Origin: Octopus vulgaris
Taxonomy: Eukaryota
DNA length: 64,000 bases
Assembly: GCA_951406725.2 (NCBI GenBank)
Contig: OX597814.1
Coordinates: 181,350,001-181,414,000 of the forward strand
Direction: 5' to 3'
The translations under genes were made by a program, and so were the position numbers. The notes under the pieces were generated by a model. That model saw nothing but the letters and a program-made list of their open reading frames with translations, did not search any database and was not told the DNA's origin. Each line of letters starts with the position of its first letter. Position 1 is the stretch's first letter. Shown here in pieces: positions 59,498-64,000 of this stretch.

Positions 59498-60318
59498 GTA
59501 AGTCACTTTAAACTTTTTACTTCCTAATTTCATCTATTATTATGAACTTACACATTCAAAAATATTAGTCGTATTACTTGAGACATGGATTATTTTTCTC
59601 TATTCTTCATTCCAATAAACCTACCATCTACCTTTGGTTAAATTTATACTCTTGAAGATTATTTTATTATTGTTTTATATTTATCACAATTTTACTTAAT
59701 TATAGCCATTTTTACTTTTCATAGAAAATTTATTCAGTGATGAAATATTTTGGTTTCATGGATTTCAATTGCTCTATATATTACCAAGGCAGTTTCAATT
59801 ATGTTTTTGTAATTGATTTCATTTCTGTTTAACCATTATATCATTTATTATCATTACTGTGGGCACTCTGAGAATTGCATCCTGTTAAAAAAGATTTTCT
59901 TGGCCATTCTGCAAAATGTTGAGAATTCACCTATACATGTGTGTAGAAAGGTGGATGCACGGATAGAAAGAAGGAAATGAAATAGCCTAATTCTATTGCT
60001 TCTAAATGAAATTTTTTAAATACTTAAAGAATAATTTCTCTTTTCCACAAACTCAACTTATTTTGTAGAGTAAAATTTCTGAACATTTTATTTAGTTTAT
60101 TAAAATTCTATAACTTGTTTACATGTGACTGTAATTTATTTCAGATAAAAGAACAAATTTTCTCTATCCAGCCTTTCTTATTATGAAATATATAATCAAA
60201 TTTAATATGCTCATTTCTTTAGTTATCATTTGACAAAAATCCATTTAGTGGATATAGTTTTACCACCATTTTCACACAATTTTGCTTTCTGATCAATTTT
60301 AAATCTCCTTGTTTTACA

Positions 60319-60369
<51 letters not shown>

Positions 60370-60882
60370 GTTAAACGGTGATGATATATATATATAAGCA
60401 ATTTCATTGTGTTAATCATTATAACTTTTAACACATATATACTACTGTATTCATTTTTATTATTATTTCATAAAAATACAATATTCATTTGCATCAAACA
60501 CTTTCATTGGACATCTACAATCTAGTCGCAGTGAAATACTTTGATAAAGTAAATACAGCAATATAATATACATACACATCTTTATTTTTCATTAAAATTT
60601 TCTTACTCATAACTTTTATTTAATTTTCATCACTTTTGTTTCTAAAAAAAATTTTTATAGGCACAGGTATGGTCAATGTCCAAGACTGGAATCAGTAAAA
60701 TTTTATGTGTATGTATATATATTGAATGTGTGTGTGTATTGTTTAATGTACACAGTTGAAAAATACAAGCCACTAATAGTGTTTCATGGATTAGTAGCTC
60801 ATATCTTTACACTATGTATATTAAATTATATTTATCTCACACTGGATGGAGTAGTTTTTTTTTAAACTTTAACAGGACAATA

Positions 60883-60924
<42 letters not shown>

Positions 60925-60927
<3 letters not shown>

Positions 60928-61075
60928 AACATAACTGTGTGGTAAAGAGGTTTGTATCCCAACTACATGGTTTGAGTTCAGACCCAATGTGTAGCATGTA
61001 TATTCTACTATAGTACAGGCCAACCAAAGCTCTCAAGGCCTTGGTCACTGGAAACTAGAAGATCCCTATTATGTG
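60925..61075 (+). mobile_element. Degenerate SINE family A following a (TA)n tract
   Basis: aactgtgtggtaaagaggtttg...catggtttgagttcagaccc...ttctactatag...accaaagc matches family A. Confidence 0.65.
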
Positions 61076-61147
61076 TGCGTTTGTATGTATACTGTTCTTT
61101 CTGAGATAACATTTAAATATTTAGCCTAGTCTTGAGAAAGAAATCAG

Positions 61148-61497
61148 CCACAGGCATGACTGTGTGGTAAGAAGTTTGTTGCCCAACCACATGGTTCCGG
61201 GTTCATTCCCACTGCATGGCACCTTGGGCAACTGTCTTTTAATATAGCTTCAGGATGACCAAAGCCTTGTGAGTGGATTTGGTAGATGGAAACTGAAAGA
61301 AGCCCATTTGATGTGTATCTCACTACCATTGACAATTAGTGTTGCTTTCTTTATGCCCTTGTAACTTAACAGTTCATCAAAAAGAAGCTGAAAGAATAAA
61401 TACAAGGCTTAAAAATAAATACTGGGGTTGATTTGTTTGACTAAAGCCCTTCAAAGTGGTGTCTCAGCATGTCAATAACTGAAACAAGTAAGATAAA
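61148..61497 (+). mobile_element. SINE family A, near full length
   Basis: caggcatgactgtgtggtaagaag...ggttccgggttcattcccactgcatggcaccttgggcaa...ctgaaacaagtaagataaa matches family A. Confidence 0.88.
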
Positions 61498-61809
61498 ATA
61501 ACTCTTAGATATATTTATTCAGGTTAACTGTTGTTGCTTCACTTCAAATTAGCCCTGCTTGAATATTTGTATGGCACATACAACTAGATGTGATCTTCAT
61601 ATCTATTGTCCCAGATAAACCATGCCTAGGAGACTATGCAGTGGTATACTTTATAGTTTGAAGCAGCATAGATGTCAATAAACTTATTTAATCTTATTTA
61701 AACTTATTTAATGTGCTCGATAACATACTGAGGTATATTTCTATATATCTATATTGACATGTAGGGACATCAATTCAGAAGTACCTTAATCTGATTCATA
61801 CTTAGCCAA

Positions 61810-62155
61810 GGTACATGGCTCAGTGGTTAGTGTGTCAGGCTCACAATCATGAGGTTATGAGTTTGATTCCTGAACCGGGCTGTGTGTTGTGTTCTTGAGC
61901 AAGACACTTTATTTCATGTTGCTCCTGTTCACTCATCTGTAGACATGTGTTGCAACATCATTGGTGCTAAGCTGTATCGACCTTTGCCTTTCCCTTGGGT
62001 AACATCGGTTTTGTGGAGTGGGGAGGCTGGTATGCATGGGTGACTGCTGGTCTTCCATAAACAACCTTGCCTGGACTTGTGCCTCAGAGGGGACCTTCTT
62101 ATGTCCAATCCCATGATTATTCAAAACCAAAGGGGGTCTTACTCTTTACCCTTAT
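61810..62155 (+). mobile_element. tRNA-derived SINE family C with a CORE-like domain
   Basis: A-box TGGCTCAGTGG, B-box GAGTTTGATTCC and CORE-like ttgtgttcttgagcaagacactttatttcatgttgctcc, which recurs at ~42735-42790. Confidence 0.8.
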
Positions 62156-62969
62156 TTAGCCAAATACAATCAATAATAATTAATTGAAATTTAATTGATT
62201 CAATTTGGATCTTTTTATGATGATTTTGATTGAATTTCTCAGTTTTCCTGACTTTAAAAAAAAAAAGAAAACAAATTGGTAAATTCCATGTTTTCAGCAC
62301 ATTCACATTTCGTATCATTTTCAAAGTAATATCTGATGTCTTTATGTTATTTTAGAAGTTGTATTTTAATAATATTTCCCTCCCAACCATTACTAATGAT
62401 ATGTCTATGCATGAAGCAATATCAGGTAATATTATTATTTCATGCTTGCATTATTTACAAGTTTATTTTCCTTGTCTTGATTTTATTTTTAATTGTGAAA
62501 ATTAACTTGCTGAAAGAGGTGCATACCACTACTATTTACATTTTATACTCATTACATATAATTGAATAATTCATGTTACAAAATTGCATGGTAATTTAAT
62601 AGTACCAGTTACACTATTCATGCACTCATGTTATTGTATGTACATATTCAATGGAATTACGTAATATATACTTATTTTGGATTGGACTGGAACTTGGAGG
62701 GTCTAATCCATAGTGAGTATTTCAAATTTATTTCATGCAAGTGTATTCACTTTAATGAGAACTATTACTAGATTTTAATTTCAATTTTGACTGTTTAGTA
62801 AATATAGATATTGTTACAAAAAATCTACTCATATTAGTAAAATGTAGAATAATTAATGAATTTTAATAACCTGCTACTTGTTACAAGTAACTAACAAACT
62901 CAATAAAGTTAATGTAACTAAATACTTGTTATACAGAGTACAAAATAAGCTTCTTCTGATCCAGTTCTA

Positions 62970-63062
62970 TATTTAAGAGATGAGGAATTGTGTACATTAT
63001 TTATATTCGACGGATAACAACAAACAAGATGAGGGCAAATATCTGTCGAATGTAAATAAAGC
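62970..63062. repeat. Short inverted-repeat remnant
   Basis: ttatttatattcgacggata (62997-63016) pairs with tatctgtcgaatgtaaataa (63040-63059). Confidence 0.6.
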
Positions 63063-63667
63063 GTCTTCTGATTCTCTTGTTAAAACTCTATTCAAGTTAA
63101 CTAAGTAGTCTCTAATCATACCTGCAATTCAGGCTCTATTTGTAAGATGTATAGCACTGATTTTTCAGCTGTAAAATCAGTTTCAAAGACAAAAATGCTT
63201 TGTAGCTTCAGAAAGATTTGAAGCAGTTTATAAGCAGAAAACCTTTTTCTAATTTTTTTTCCCTCTATTTTAAGGAAGATAAAATATATACCAATAAGGA
63301 ACCACAGGAAAGGATTTTTTTTTTACTTTAATAAAACAAAAGCTGAAGTGTGCATGAAATTAGTAAACCTTTTTTTTTAATATATAAGAATCAATGTTCT
63401 GGATTAAATTCAAAACTTATTTCCAACTGTTTATTTCATTTTAAATTACTATTTTGAACCATTTCATTCTATGCTTTAAAAAAATTAAGTTAAAGCTCCA
63501 TCATCATTTCTTCATACTTAAGGCTCACAAGAAGACTTGGTTAATGAAGAAGGTAAGGTTTTGCCTACTCTATCAATATATGACTACAGACTAACCCTAG
63601 CCCTAGTCAACAAAATAAGAGAAGCCTTCATCTGCATTTTTATCATTGTTTGCAATATAGGTGTGTG

Positions 63668-63708
<41 letters not shown>

Positions 63709-64000
63709 ACACATGCATAACTAACTCTTTTTTTTTTTACTGTTTCTCACACTCATCATTTATTTTGTTCTTTTTTATTTAACTTTAAGTTACATGTTAT
63801 TGCCTTTCTGCTTATAACCATATCTTTATAATACTAATGCTTGTTTATTTAACTTTTTATTTTAACCCTGCTAAATTTCACTTTGCTGCTAAACCAATTT
63901 TTATTATTGCAAGTGTTTAATAATTCTAAATAATGCTTTTAGTAATCACATGGCCAATATGTACTCTATTATTTTCTCTAAAATCAAATTTATTAGGAAC

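Overview
AT-rich, repeat-dense animal genomic DNA. The repeat repertoire suggests an octopod cephalopod, but that is an inference. Ten consecutive, phase-compatible + strand coding exons (17802-59497, about 721 codons) belong to a RAPGEF1/C3G-like Rap1 guanine-nucleotide exchange factor. They cover the N-terminal domain, a proline-rich Crk-SH3-binding region and the start of the REM domain. The gene's start and its CDC25 domain were not found in the window. The rest appears to be intronic or upstream DNA and holds a decayed, internally deleted L1/Tx1-type LINE, RTE 3' fragments and RTE-tailed non-autonomous elements, three tRNA-derived SINE families, piggyBac/hAT/mariner relics and microsatellites. 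The most interesting signal is a nested cluster of short non-coding palindromic elements at 44.5-47.7 kb, most of them next to (TA)n tracts. Their arms carry minimal hammerhead-ribozyme-like motifs, several with a compensatory U3-A8 core, as expected of Penelope-like retroelement derivatives. Most ORFs in the supplied track are spurious. All alignments and comparisons with human C3G were made by eye or from memory.
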